This document shows positions 15,896-25,139 of a stretch of 43,579 nucleotides of DNA, piece after piece. The stretch's first letter is position 1; the number at the start of each line of letters is the position of its first letter. Under the pieces are notes generated by a model, which did not search any database, was not told where the DNA came from, and worked only from the letters and a program-made list of their open reading frames with translations. The stretch is from the IMG/VR virus record IMGVR_UViG_3300044262_000014, positions 1 to 43,579 of that record; one strand, written 5' to 3'. Origin of the DNA: a virus. Taxonomy: Duplodnaviria > Caudoviricetes. The translations under genes were made by a program, and so were the position numbers.

Positions 15896-16497
15896 GCCGC
15901 GCGATATTCCAAAGTACCGGGCAGGCGCTGCACTTCGCTTACCTGATCCAGTCATTCGAGGCGGCGCCTGAAAGCGTGATGGCTAAGGAGATGCGCAAGC
16001 ACCTGGCTATGCTGGGCGAGACGGAGCGGCGCAGCACGGTTGACTTCGGCGGACTGAACCCGCTGGAAATCCGCGGGCAGATGGCAATGGTGCGGTCGGC
16101 AGTCAATTCAAGGCTGCCGAAGCCGGAAGCTGACGCAATAAAGGCCAGGTATGGACTGGTCATGACATCAAAGCTGCCAGACGGCACCGGAAGCGCGGAA
16201 ATTAGCGAGGAGCGCCGCCTAGCCATCATCGAGCTGGCCGAGTACCTGCACCCCCAGTTCGACAATGTTCCGCGGCTGGCGCTGGTGTGGCTGATCAGCC
16301 GGGCGGTTGGGAATGTTGCCTCGATGCGTCCGGCATTCAAGACAATTGCCACAATGTTTGGCGGCTCGGCTGCAACTATGTGCCGGGTCAACCCAAAGCT
16401 GCTGGTTCGGCTGGCCCAGCTCGAGCGCGCCGGAATTGACCGCCTGACACCCGTATTCGAGCGCGAAGGGCTGGTGGCGGAGGCTTGCTATGGCTGA
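15892..16497 (+). CDS. Hypothetical DNA-binding protein, candidate late regulator / antiterminator
   Basis: 201 aa; C-terminal HTH-like FKTIATMFGGSAATMCR; upstream of the late promoter. Confidence 0.5.
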   Translation: MSRAIFQSTGQALHFAYLIQSFEAAPESVMAKEMRKHLAMLGETERRSTVDFGGLNPLEIRGQMAMVRSAVNSRLPKPEADAIKARYGLVMTSKLPDGTGSAEISEERRLAIIELAEYLHPQFDNVPRLALVWLISRAVGNVASMRPAFKTIATMFGGSAATMCRVNPKLLVRLAQLERAGIDRLTPVFEREGLVAEACYG

Positions 16498-16972
16498 TAA
16501 GCGCACACGCAGCAAGCCCGAGGTCTTTTTCATGCGGGTGGGCAAAGGATGCTTTGAACCGGCAGATGGTTATGCACGGGATAGGCTGCGCGCCCGAGGT
16601 TACCGGATGGGCGATGTGGTCGGCTGCACGTTCAAAAAGCTGAACAACCCCGGCTTTCACCGCCTGATCCACCGCATCGGCCAGCTCTGCGCGGCCAACA
16701 TCGAGGCGTTCCGCGGAATGGATGCCCATGCAGTCCTCAAGCGCCTGCAGTGGGAGGCGAATATCGCCTGCGAAGAGATCGGCGTGGTTGTGCCCGGCGT
16801 TGGCATGGCAATGATGCGGTTCCCGAAGTCGCTGTCATTCGACAGCATGGATGACGGCGAGAGGCACGAAGCCGCCCGCGCGATGTGCAGGCATATCGCC
16901 CAGAAGTATTGGCCGACGATGGATGCCGAGGCCATCGAGGAAATGGCCGAATCGTTTGTGGAGGAAGGATGA
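16490..16972 (+). CDS. DUF1367/NinB-like protein
   Basis: NPGFHR and PKSLSFDSMDD motifs. Confidence 0.65.
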   Translation: MADKRTRSKPEVFFMRVGKGCFEPADGYARDRLRARGYRMGDVVGCTFKKLNNPGFHRLIHRIGQLCAANIEAFRGMDAHAVLKRLQWEANIACEEIGVVVPGVGMAMMRFPKSLSFDSMDDGERHEAARAMCRHIAQKYWPTMDAEAIEEMAESFVEEG

Positions 16973-17259
16973 CGCCGGCCGAACGCGATCGCCGGTTCGA
17001 CTTCCTGTCGCGCTCCTGCATCGTGTGCCGGCTGTACCACGGCGTGGTTACGCCAGCCAGCGTGCACCACTTGACCGGGATCAAGTACCGGGCACTGGGG
17101 AAGAAAGCCGACGACGAGCACACCATCGGGTTATGCCACTGCCACCATCAGGGTGAGTTCGGGATACACCGCATAGGCATGCGCGCGTGGGAGACGATGT
17201 TCTGGACGCAGGTATACCTGTTGGAGGTAACTGACCGCATGTTTGCAAGATTGCACTGA
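16969..17259 (+). CDS. Ref-family (HNH-like) nuclease
   Basis: CIVC...VHH...TIGLCHCHH...GIH pattern. Confidence 0.75.
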   Translation: MTPAERDRRFDFLSRSCIVCRLYHGVVTPASVHHLTGIKYRALGKKADDEHTIGLCHCHHQGEFGIHRIGMRAWETMFWTQVYLLEVTDRMFARLH

Positions 17260-17272
17260 ATGCAAAAAACAC

Positions 17273-17301
17273 TTGCGCTTTTGGAACGTTTGCTGTAAAA
17301 A
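17273..17301 (+). promoter_or_regulatory. Putative late (PR'-like) promoter
   Basis: TTGCGC-N17-TAAAAA, followed about 85 nt later by a terminator. Confidence 0.45.
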
Positions 17302-17384
17302 ATCACTACGATCTGGAAGTTAGTGTCTCTAAAGCAATGACGACCTGGTTGATCTGTGTTTCATACTCTCCCTGAGAAATATTT

Positions 17385-17410
17385 TCCCCGCCTCGCGCGG
17401 GGATTTTTTT
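17385..17410 (+). terminator. Intrinsic terminator (tR'-like)
   Basis: TCCCCGC-CTCGC-GCGGGGA followed by T7. Confidence 0.8.
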
Positions 17411-17450
17411 GACTGACGTTTGCCCGCCAGACTCCAGCCAAAAGAACAAC

Positions 17451-17523
17451 TGCGGGGTAGTGGAAAAGTGCCACGCTGGGCTCATAACCCAGAGAACTGG
17501 AGCGTTACCAGCGACCGCAACCA
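17451..17523 (+). tRNA. Degenerate tRNA-Met(CAT), initiator-like
   Basis: Cloverleaf: TGCGG/CCGCA acceptor with ACCA end, GTGG/CCAC D stem, CTGGG-CTCATAA-CCCAG anticodon arm, CTGG/CCAG T stem. D and T loops are non-canonical. Confidence 0.65.
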
Positions 17524-17528
17524 TACAC

Positions 17529-17551
17529 GCCCGCTTGATGCGGGCTTTTTT
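17529..17551 (+). terminator. Hairpin/terminator after the tRNA-like gene
   Basis: GCCCGC-TTGAT-GCGGGC followed by T6. Confidence 0.7.
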
Positions 17552-17573
17552 GTGTGCATTGACAGAGGATTGA

Positions 17574-18824
17574 ATGGCTTTGCAGATTGAATACATAGCA
17601 GTCGCCGATCTGCTGCCATATGCCCGCAACGCGCGCACGCACAGCGATGAGCAGGTTGCGCAGATCGCCGCCAGCATCAAGGAGTTTGGCTTTGTGAACC
17701 CTTGCTTGATTGGCGACGACGGCGTGCTTATCGCCGGACATGGCCGCTTGTCCGCAGCGCGTAAGCTGGGCATGGACAAAGTGCCGTGCATCAGGCTGGA
17801 AGGCTTGAGCGATGCGCAGCGCCGGGCCTTAGTGCTGGCTGATAACAGAATTGCGCTGAATGCAGGCTGGGATGACGAAATGCTGGCCGTCGAGCTGTCC
17901 GACTTGAAACTGGACGGCTTTGATCTGGACCTTCTCGGCTTCGATGATACTGAGCTTGCCGACCTTCTTGCCGAGAAGGAGGAGCCTGCCGCCGGTTTGA
18001 CCGATGATGATGCCACGCCGGAGCCGCCTGCAAATCCGGTGACGGTTGCGGGCGACGTGTGGCTTATGGGCAAGCACCGGCTGATGTGCGGCGATAGCAC
18101 CAGCATTGAGGCGCTGGAAACTTTGTGCCAAGGGCAGCACGTTGACATGTGGCTGACTGATCCGCCATACAACGTCGCCTACGAAGGCAAGACAAAGGAT
18201 GCGCTGAAAATCAAAAACGACGCCATGGGCGACGGTGATTTCAGGCAGTTCCTGCGCGACGCCTATGTTGCAGCAGACGCGGTGATGAAGGCTGGCGCTG
18301 TGTTCTATATCTGGCACGCCGATTCGGAAGGTTATAACTTCCGTGGCGCAGCAAAGGACGCTGGATGGACGGTTCGCCAGTGCTTGGTGTGGAAGAAGCA
18401 AGCGTAGGTTATGGGGCGGCAGGACTACCACTGGAAGCATGAGCCATGCTTGTACGGCTGGAAGGACGGCGCCGGTCATCTATGGGCGAGCGATCGTAAG
18501 CAGACCACAGTGCTGGAGTTCGATAGGCCTGTTCGCAACGGCGAGCACCCAACAATGAAGCCGGTTGCGCTGTTCGAGTACCAGATGCTCAACAATACCA
18601 AGGGTGGCGATCTTGTGCTGGACAGCTTTGGCGGCAGCGGTACAACGGCGATTGCTTGTCAAAAGCACGGCCGCCATGCTCGCCTGATGGAACTAGACCC
18701 AAAATATTGCGACGTGATCGTAAAGCGCTGGCAAGACTTCACCGGGCAGCAGGCCACGCTTGAAGCGGATGGACGCTCCTTTGATGAGGTTGAAGACGAA
18801 AGATTAACAGTAGCGCAAACATGA
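17574..18824 (+). pseudogene. ParB-like domain + DNA amino-methyltransferase interrupted by one in-frame TAG (18405-18407)
   Basis: PYARNARTHS..IAGHGRL ParB domain and TDPPYN motif IV precede the stop. The same frame resumes VMGRQDYHWKHEP..HPTMKP..DSFGGSGTT (motif I). Confidence 0.85.
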
Positions 18825-18879
18825 CAATTAAGCTCAGGACGGGCTAAATACGAAACAACCACCCCATGAAGGAGGCCAG

Positions 18880-19413
18880 ATGCCGAATTTATGCGGGGCG
18901 AAAACGCGAGCAGGAACGCCGTGCCAAAAAGCCCCTATTAAAGGCTCGACACGTTGTAGGAATCACGGCGGCAAAACACCGAAAGGCCAGAACCCAGGCA
19001 ACAAGCACGCAGCAAAGCCGGGCAACCTGTACAGCAAGTTCCTGACCGAGGAAGAGCGGGAGCAGTTCGATTCTATCGAGCTGGGGAAAATTGACGACGA
19101 GCTGCGCTTGATGCGCATACGCCTGGCCCGCGCCCTTTCACATGAGCAAGCGCGGGGCGATAAGCCGGAGCTGGATACTGTAACCACGCGACAAGGTGGC
19201 GGTCCGAACACCGTAGCGAAGGAGGCGACGCTCAAGAAGCGCGATTACGTCGGCATCATTGACCGGATAGCCGCGCGGATTGAATCGCTGGAGCGCACAC
19301 GGGTAGAGCTATTGAAGGCCGGTGAAGGCGGCGGCGATACTCCGCCCGATCCGCGGTCGTTCACCTACAACGTGGTGGACGGCAGAAAGGCAGCAGATGG
19401 CGACGCTCACTAG
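18880..19413 (+). CDS. Terminase small subunit (HGGxSTG-like N-terminal domain)
   Basis: CGAKTRAGTPC..RCRNHGG motif; directly upstream of terL. Confidence 0.8.
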   Translation: MPNLCGAKTRAGTPCQKAPIKGSTRCRNHGGKTPKGQNPGNKHAAKPGNLYSKFLTEEEREQFDSIELGKIDDELRLMRIRLARALSHEQARGDKPELDTVTTRQGGGPNTVAKEATLKKRDYVGIIDRIAARIESLERTRVELLKAGEGGGDTPPDPRSFTYNVVDGRKAADGDAH

Positions 19414-20680
19414 GCCGCAAGCCAACTTCCTGCAGCTGCCGCACAAGTTCAGGGCATATGTCGGGGGCTTTGGCTCCGGGAAGACGTGGGTCGGCAGCAC
19501 CGCGATATGCGAAGGCATGTGGACGCACCCGCGCGTGAATCAGGGGTACTTTGCCCCGACATACCCGCAAATCCGGGACATTTTTTACCCGACCATTGAT
19601 GAAGTCGCCTTTGAAATGGGGCTGCGCATCAAGGTCAATCAGGCAAACAAGGAAGTCCACTTCTACGAAGGCCAGAAGTACCGCGGCACGACAATCTGCC
19701 GCTCGATGGATCATCCTGAGCAGATCGTCGGCTTCAAGATCGGGAATGCGCTGATCGACGAGCTGGACGTGATGAAGCCCGAGAAGGCCAAGCTGGCCTG
19801 GCGCAAGATCATCGCCCGTATGCGCTACAAAGTGCCGGGCCTGCGAAATGGCATTGACGTAACGACCACGCCGGAAGGCTTCAAGTTCGTCTATGAGCAG
19901 TTCTACAAACTGCCCAGCGAAAAGCCAGATCTGCGCGCAATGTACGGCCTGATTCAGGCCACAACATACGACAATGAGCGGTTCCTGCCGGATGACTACA
20001 TCCCGTCGTTGCTGGCTTCGTACCCGCCGCAGCTGGTTGAAGCGTACCTGCTGGGCCAGTTTGTCAACCTGACGAGCGGCAGCGTTTACTCTGATTTCAG
20101 CAGGACGCTGAACCATACGGATGCCACGCTGGAGCCGAATGAGCCGCTGCACGTTGGCATGGACTTCAACGTCCACAACATGACGGCCATCTTGGGAGTA
20201 GATCGAGGCAACAACCCGATTGTGGTCGGCGAACTAACGGGCGTGCGCGACACCCCGGCGATGGCGCAGCTGCTGGTTGAGCGGTACAAGCAAAAAGGCC
20301 ATCACGTAACCGTGTACCCAGACGCAAGCGGACAGAACACGTCGTCAAAGAACGCCGCTGTTTCTGACCTGCAGCTGCTGCAAAACGCAGGATTGACGAT
20401 CCGCGCGCCGTCGGCGAATCCGGCTGTTCGGGACCGCGTGAACTCGGTAAACGCGCTGATACATGCCGGCGGCAAGCGCAGGCTGCTGATTAATACCCGG
20501 CTGGCGCCTGAGCTTACCGAATGCCTCGAGCAGCAGGTTTACGACAAGAACGGCGAGCCGGACAAAGAGGCCGGCAAAGACCATGCGCCGGATGCGCTGG
20601 GGTACTGGCTGCACTACAGATGGCCGATTGTGCGGCCTATTGCTGCGCACGGCTCGAATATCATTCACATGACAAGGTAG
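19397..20680 (+). CDS. terL: Terminase large subunit
   Basis: Walker A GGFGSGKT, Walker B LIDE, TTTPEG, nuclease GMDFN and DHAPDA. Confidence 0.95.
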   Translation: MATLTRPQANFLQLPHKFRAYVGGFGSGKTWVGSTAICEGMWTHPRVNQGYFAPTYPQIRDIFYPTIDEVAFEMGLRIKVNQANKEVHFYEGQKYRGTTICRSMDHPEQIVGFKIGNALIDELDVMKPEKAKLAWRKIIARMRYKVPGLRNGIDVTTTPEGFKFVYEQFYKLPSEKPDLRAMYGLIQATTYDNERFLPDDYIPSLLASYPPQLVEAYLLGQFVNLTSGSVYSDFSRTLNHTDATLEPNEPLHVGMDFNVHNMTAILGVDRGNNPIVVGELTGVRDTPAMAQLLVERYKQKGHHVTVYPDASGQNTSSKNAAVSDLQLLQNAGLTIRAPSANPAVRDRVNSVNALIHAGGKRRLLINTRLAPELTECLEQQVYDKNGEPDKEAGKDHAPDALGYWLHYRWPIVRPIAAHGSNIIHMTR

Positions 20681-20682
20681 CG

Positions 20683-22137
20683 ATGTTTAAAACCCTACAA
20701 GCCACCATCCCGCGGGACGATGATTACCCGGAGCGGCAATACCGCACCACAATCTTGTCCAAGGTGCTGAACGGGGAGATTTACGACAACCTGCCGCACG
20801 CCTTCCATGAGGAAAAGAATCCGGCTGGCGAATACATCCCGCTTCGCACCCGCCGGCCGTCTGTGCGCTATGGCCTGTGCAAGCTGGTCGTGGATGACAG
20901 CGTTTCGCTGCTGTTCAGCGAGGGGCATTTCCCTGACGTTGATTGCAAGCCGGACACCGCGCGCGCAGGATTGGCGAGAATCATCAAAGAGACGCGCCTG
21001 AACGAGCGCATGATTGATGCCGCCACGCGCGGCAGCGTCGGCAGCGTGGCTATCTTGATGCGCGTGCTTGCTGGCCGCGTGTTCTTCGACGTAATGGATA
21101 CGCACTACCTGACACCAATATGGAAGGCCACGGCGCCGGACGTGCTGGAAAAGGTAGTGCAGCGCTACAAGGTCAAAGGCAAGGCGCTCAAAGCGCTGGG
21201 CTACTTGGCGGAAAAGGACGAGGAAGACTACTGGTTCCAGCGGGATTGGAACGAAACGCAGGAGGTGGTTTATATCCCGCTGTCTGTAGCAGATGCCAAA
21301 ACCGGTAAGCAGCCGGAGGTGGATAAAGCCCGCACGGTGACGCATAGCCTTGGATTCTTGCCAATGGTGTGGGTTAAGAACCTGCCAGGCGGCGACGAAA
21401 TTGACGGCGCGCAAACCTTCCCCGACGAAGCCATCGAAACCAGCATCGAGATCGATTACCAGCTTTCGCAGGCTGGCCGCGGCCTGAAATATAGCTCAGA
21501 CCCGACGCTGTTGATTAAAGAGCCAGCATTTAGCGACGGCACACTGGTGCGCAGCGCCTCGAATGCCATCACGGTAAGTGCCCAGGGCGATGCCAAGCTG
21601 CTGGAGATCAACGGTACCGCAGTCGAAGCGGTGATGGAATACGTCAAAGGCCTGCGCGAGCTTGCGCTGGAGACCATGCACGGCAACCGCAGCAACGCCG
21701 ACAAGGTAAGCGCCGCGCAGTCTGGCCGTGCGATGGAGTTGATGCACGCCGCACTGATCAATCTGGCCGATCGCCTGCGCATCAGCTACGGTGAGGGCGC
21801 GCTGCAGGAACTGCTGACCATGGTCTGCAAGGCCAGCGAGAAGATCGCGCTGGTGTACAAAGACGGCAGCAAGGTCGGCGAATTGAAACTGGAAGCGCCG
21901 CTGGCATTGCGCTGGCCAGCATGGTTTGCGCCAACGTCAACAGACCGCATGGATGAGGCAACTACACTCAAGACGCTGGTCGAGGCCGGCATAATCAGTA
22001 GGCAGACAGCGACCCGCATTATTGCTGCCGACTACGACATTGAGGACGTTGAGGCCGAGCGCCTGCTGGTGGATGGCGAGCGTGATGCGGAAGCGCCGGA
22101 AGAGCCTGACAAGCCTGCTGCAAAAGCCGAAGAATAG
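20683..22137 (+). CDS. Portal protein
   Basis: ~484 aa directly after terL; SGRAMEL and GIISRQTA motifs typical of SPP1-like portals. Confidence 0.85.
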   Translation: MFKTLQATIPRDDDYPERQYRTTILSKVLNGEIYDNLPHAFHEEKNPAGEYIPLRTRRPSVRYGLCKLVVDDSVSLLFSEGHFPDVDCKPDTARAGLARIIKETRLNERMIDAATRGSVGSVAILMRVLAGRVFFDVMDTHYLTPIWKATAPDVLEKVVQRYKVKGKALKALGYLAEKDEEDYWFQRDWNETQEVVYIPLSVADAKTGKQPEVDKARTVTHSLGFLPMVWVKNLPGGDEIDGAQTFPDEAIETSIEIDYQLSQAGRGLKYSSDPTLLIKEPAFSDGTLVRSASNAITVSAQGDAKLLEINGTAVEAVMEYVKGLRELALETMHGNRSNADKVSAAQSGRAMELMHAALINLADRLRISYGEGALQELLTMVCKASEKIALVYKDGSKVGELKLEAPLALRWPAWFAPTSTDRMDEATTLKTLVEAGIISRQTATRIIAADYDIEDVEAERLLVDGERDAEAPEEPDKPAAKAEE

Positions 22138-22179
22138 TAATAACCGCCCCGCTTGAAGCGTGGGTGATTTTGTAACCAC

Positions 22180-22202
22180 AGCCGCTTGATGCGGCTTTTT
22201 TT
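22180..22202 (+). terminator. Hairpin with T-run upstream of the scaffold gene
   Basis: AGCCGC-TTGAT-GCGGCT followed by T-run; same core as 17529-17545. Confidence 0.6.
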
Positions 22203-22215
22203 CATGGAGGGCTAG

Positions 22216-22740
22216 ATGCCTGACGACCAAACGCAACAACAGACCCAGCAAGTTCAGCAGCAAGTAAAAGAACCGGAAACATTCTCCCGCGAGTATGTGA
22301 CTGAGCTGCGCGGCGAGAACGCAACCTATCGCACCAAGGCGAAAGAGGCCGCAGCCAAGGCAGAGGCCGCAGAGGCCGCAGCCAAAAAAGCGGCGGAAGA
22401 AGCCGAGGCCAAGATTAAGGAAGCCGGTACCGCAGCAGAACAGCGAATCATCCGAGCCGAGTTGAAAGCCGCAGCCCTGAAGGCTGGCATGGTTGATCTC
22501 GACGGGCTGAAACTGGCCGACCTGTCCACGGTCAAGCTGAACGATAAAGGCGAGGTCGAAGGGGCGGAAGCCCTCATGGAAACAATGAAGAAAGCAAAGC
22601 CGTATCTGTTCCAGAGCGGCAGCAGCACAAGCAGCACTGATCCGAAGCCGAAGCCTGGCGATACGAAGCCGGCGAACGCAAAGGAAATGACCAAAGAGCA
22701 GTATGAAGCCGAGAAGAAGAAACTGACCGGCAGCAAGTAA
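22216..22740 (+). CDS. Capsid scaffolding protein
   Basis: FSREYVTELRGENA, coiled coil, KPYLF; lies between portal and MCP. Confidence 0.8.
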   Translation: MPDDQTQQQTQQVQQQVKEPETFSREYVTELRGENATYRTKAKEAAAKAEAAEAAAKKAAEEAEAKIKEAGTAAEQRIIRAELKAAALKAGMVDLDGLKLADLSTVKLNDKGEVEGAEALMETMKKAKPYLFQSGSSTSSTDPKPKPGDTKPANAKEMTKEQYEAEKKKLTGSK

Positions 22741-22817
22741 AAGCAGCACAGTAACACCTGATCGGGAACTGGCTTCCATGCAGGGGAAAACCACTTAACT
22801 CAAGAAAGGAACCCCAA

Positions 22818-24131
22818 ATGGGCATCCAGAATTTCCCGGCCGCACTGCAGCCAATCATCCAGCAGAACTTCCTCGAGCGCGAGTTCCAGGAAGGCATCCA
22901 ATCCCGCCTTGGCTTCCGCGCCATCGCTGACCGCGAAGAGTTCCCCGCGGCCATCGGTGAAACGCTGACCAAGACCCGCCGCGGATTGAAAGCCCCGGTA
23001 ACTACCCCGCTGAACCCGGCCAACAACACCAACCTGGACAACGGCCTGACTTCGGCTGGCTGGACTGTCGAGCAGTATGTGCTGTCGGTCAACATGTACG
23101 GCGACACCATCGACCTGAACATGGTCACCAGCCGCGTGGGCATTGCTTCGCAATTCCTGCAAAACGCCAAGGTGAACGGTATTCAGGCTGCTCAGTCTGT
23201 TGACCGCCTGGCCCGCAATGCGCTGTACGGCTCGTATCTGGGCGGCAACACCCGCGTCACTGCGACGCTGGGCGCTCCGGCGACTACCGTGGCAGTGGAT
23301 GACATCCGCGGCTTCCAGTACGTCATGTCCAACGGCGTGATGGTTCCTGTTGCAGTGGCAACGCCAATGACCGTGACCATCGGCGCCGGCAGCTACACGC
23401 TGACCGGTGCAACCGCTGACGGCGTGAACGTATCCACCGCCCCGAACGGCATCAGCGGCACGCTGACCCTGTCGGCCAACGTATCCGTGGCAAACGGTAC
23501 CGCTGGCAACGCCGTGAAGTCTGCCGTGGCTCCGTATGTGATCTATGCGGGCACCAGCAACTACACAACCGAGGATATCGCGGTTGGCGACACACTGAAA
23601 ATGCAGAACGTTCTGGATGCTGTGGCTACCCTGCGCGGCAACAACGTTCCTGACGTGGACGGCGCGTACAACGTGTATCTGGACGACAAGCAGCTGCTGG
23701 GCTTGTTCAAGGATGACGACTTCAAGTTGCTGTACCGTGGTGCATACGGCAGCGAAGAGTACCGCAAGGGCCAGGTGTTCGAGCTGCTGGGTGCGCGCTT
23801 CATCACCACCAACGAAGCGCCTCAGCAGACCAACAGCACCGGCGTTGCAGTACACCGTGCGGTTGTTTGCGGCAAGGGCGCGATCATCGAGGGTAACTAC
23901 TCCGAGACCGGCTATCAGGATGTCGATAATCCCGACAGCCTGAAGGTGATGGTTGACGATATCTGCATGGTGACCCGCGAACCGCTGGACCGCCTGCAGC
24001 AGATCATCGCGCAGTCGTGGTACTGGATCGGCGGTTATGCAGTTCCGACCGACGTGACCGCGAACACCACCATCATCCCGACCGCCACGAATAGCTACTT
24101 CAAGCGCGGCATCGTGATCGAATCGGCGTAA
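22818..24131 (+). CDS. Major capsid protein
   Basis: 437 aa after the scaffold, strong RBS and codon bias; HK97-like segments with an inserted beta-rich domain. Confidence 0.85.
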   Translation: MGIQNFPAALQPIIQQNFLEREFQEGIQSRLGFRAIADREEFPAAIGETLTKTRRGLKAPVTTPLNPANNTNLDNGLTSAGWTVEQYVLSVNMYGDTIDLNMVTSRVGIASQFLQNAKVNGIQAAQSVDRLARNALYGSYLGGNTRVTATLGAPATTVAVDDIRGFQYVMSNGVMVPVAVATPMTVTIGAGSYTLTGATADGVNVSTAPNGISGTLTLSANVSVANGTAGNAVKSAVAPYVIYAGTSNYTTEDIAVGDTLKMQNVLDAVATLRGNNVPDVDGAYNVYLDDKQLLGLFKDDDFKLLYRGAYGSEEYRKGQVFELLGARFITTNEAPQQTNSTGVAVHRAVVCGKGAIIEGNYSETGYQDVDNPDSLKVMVDDICMVTREPLDRLQQIIAQSWYWIGGYAVPTDVTANTTIIPTATNSYFKRGIVIESA

Positions 24132-24222
24132 AGCATCAGTAAGGCAACGCGGGGGCGACCCCGCTTGCTTTGCAAAGCGGCCTTTTGGCTGTTTCGTAAA
24201 GCAACGAAGAGGAGAAAGCAAA

Positions 24223-24540
24223 ATGGCAAAAGCAAACCAAAAGCAGACACCAGTTCCGCAGGAAGCTGAACAGGTAGTCAACAATGCGGCGCAGGAATCC
24301 AGTGAGGCACCAGTTCCGCAGGAAGCTGATCCAGTTGAGCAGGAGCAGGAGCAGGAACCGGAGCAGGACGCGCCCAAGGCTGGCCCGGCCCCTACCAAAG
24401 TAACCCTGCTCAAGCCTTACGGCTTCATTGATGACGAAGGCCAGAACCGCCACTGGCACCAAGGCGCAGAGGTTACGGATGAAAAAGACATCGCCGTGCT
24501 GATTGAGCGTGGTGCTGCAATCGAAGAAGTTTCGGAGTAA
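24223..24540 (+). CDS. Hypothetical head-module protein with acidic low-complexity N-terminus
   Basis: RBS GAGGAG; position after MCP. Confidence 0.7.
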   Translation: MAKANQKQTPVPQEAEQVVNNAAQESSEAPVPQEADPVEQEQEQEPEQDAPKAGPAPTKVTLLKPYGFIDDEGQNRHWHQGAEVTDEKDIAVLIERGAAIEEVSE

Positions 24541-24545
24541 CTGAC

Positions 24546-25136
24546 ATGATCAAGCGCATGCTGTTTGTCCTGCTTACGCTCTGCGCGCCATTCTTGGCAA
24601 TGCAGGCGCAGGCTGTTATTCAGGTCAATACCGAAGGGCAGAAGCCGACATACAGCTACCAGGGCGCAGACCTTGTGCCGGCTGCTACGGCGACAGATTT
24701 GGTGCGGATTTCCGGGGCTGCCGGAAAGATTATCCGCATAAACCGGATTCAAATAACCGCTGACGCGACGGACAACTCGCACGTCGACTTGTATGTCTTC
24801 AAGCGCTCGGCGGCGAACACTGGCGGTACATCTTCGCTTGGCGCTATCGCCAAACTGGATTCAGCCAACCCTACAGCATCGGCGGTGGTGACGGTCTATT
24901 CCGCAAACCCGACGGCGCTTGGTGCTGGGGTGTTGCTGGCGGGGGATCATTACCAAATACCGGCAAAAGGAACCGGCCAGTTTCACGCGCCACCTTGGAT
25001 TGAGGACTTTGGCGACAGGAACGGCCAGCAGATCGTGTTGCGCGGCGCAAGCGAGAGTATTTGCGTAGGCCTGAACGGGCAAACGCTGCCAGCGGGCTTG
25101 ACGCTGTATATACGCATTGAATGGACTGAGGAGTAA
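24546..25136 (+). CDS. Beta-rich protein with N-terminal Sec signal peptide, in the head module
   Basis: MIKRMLFVLLTLCAPFLAMQAQA-V shows n/h/c regions with an AQA cleavage motif. Confidence 0.7.
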   Translation: MIKRMLFVLLTLCAPFLAMQAQAVIQVNTEGQKPTYSYQGADLVPAATATDLVRISGAAGKIIRINRIQITADATDNSHVDLYVFKRSAANTGGTSSLGAIAKLDSANPTASAVVTVYSANPTALGAGVLLAGDHYQIPAKGTGQFHAPPWIEDFGDRNGQQIVLRGASESICVGLNGQTLPAGLTLYIRIEWTEE

Positions 25137-25139
25137 CGA

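Noticed and set aside
17451-17523. tRNA-like gene as an amber suppressor for the neighbouring MTase
   Set aside because: The anticodon is CAT in a 7-nt loop, not CTA.
24248-24329. 22-bp direct repeat CACCAGTTCCGCAGGAAGCTGA with 60-bp period as a mini-CRISPR
   Set aside because: Only two copies, in frame within a low-complexity coding region (PVPQEA); no leader or cas genes.
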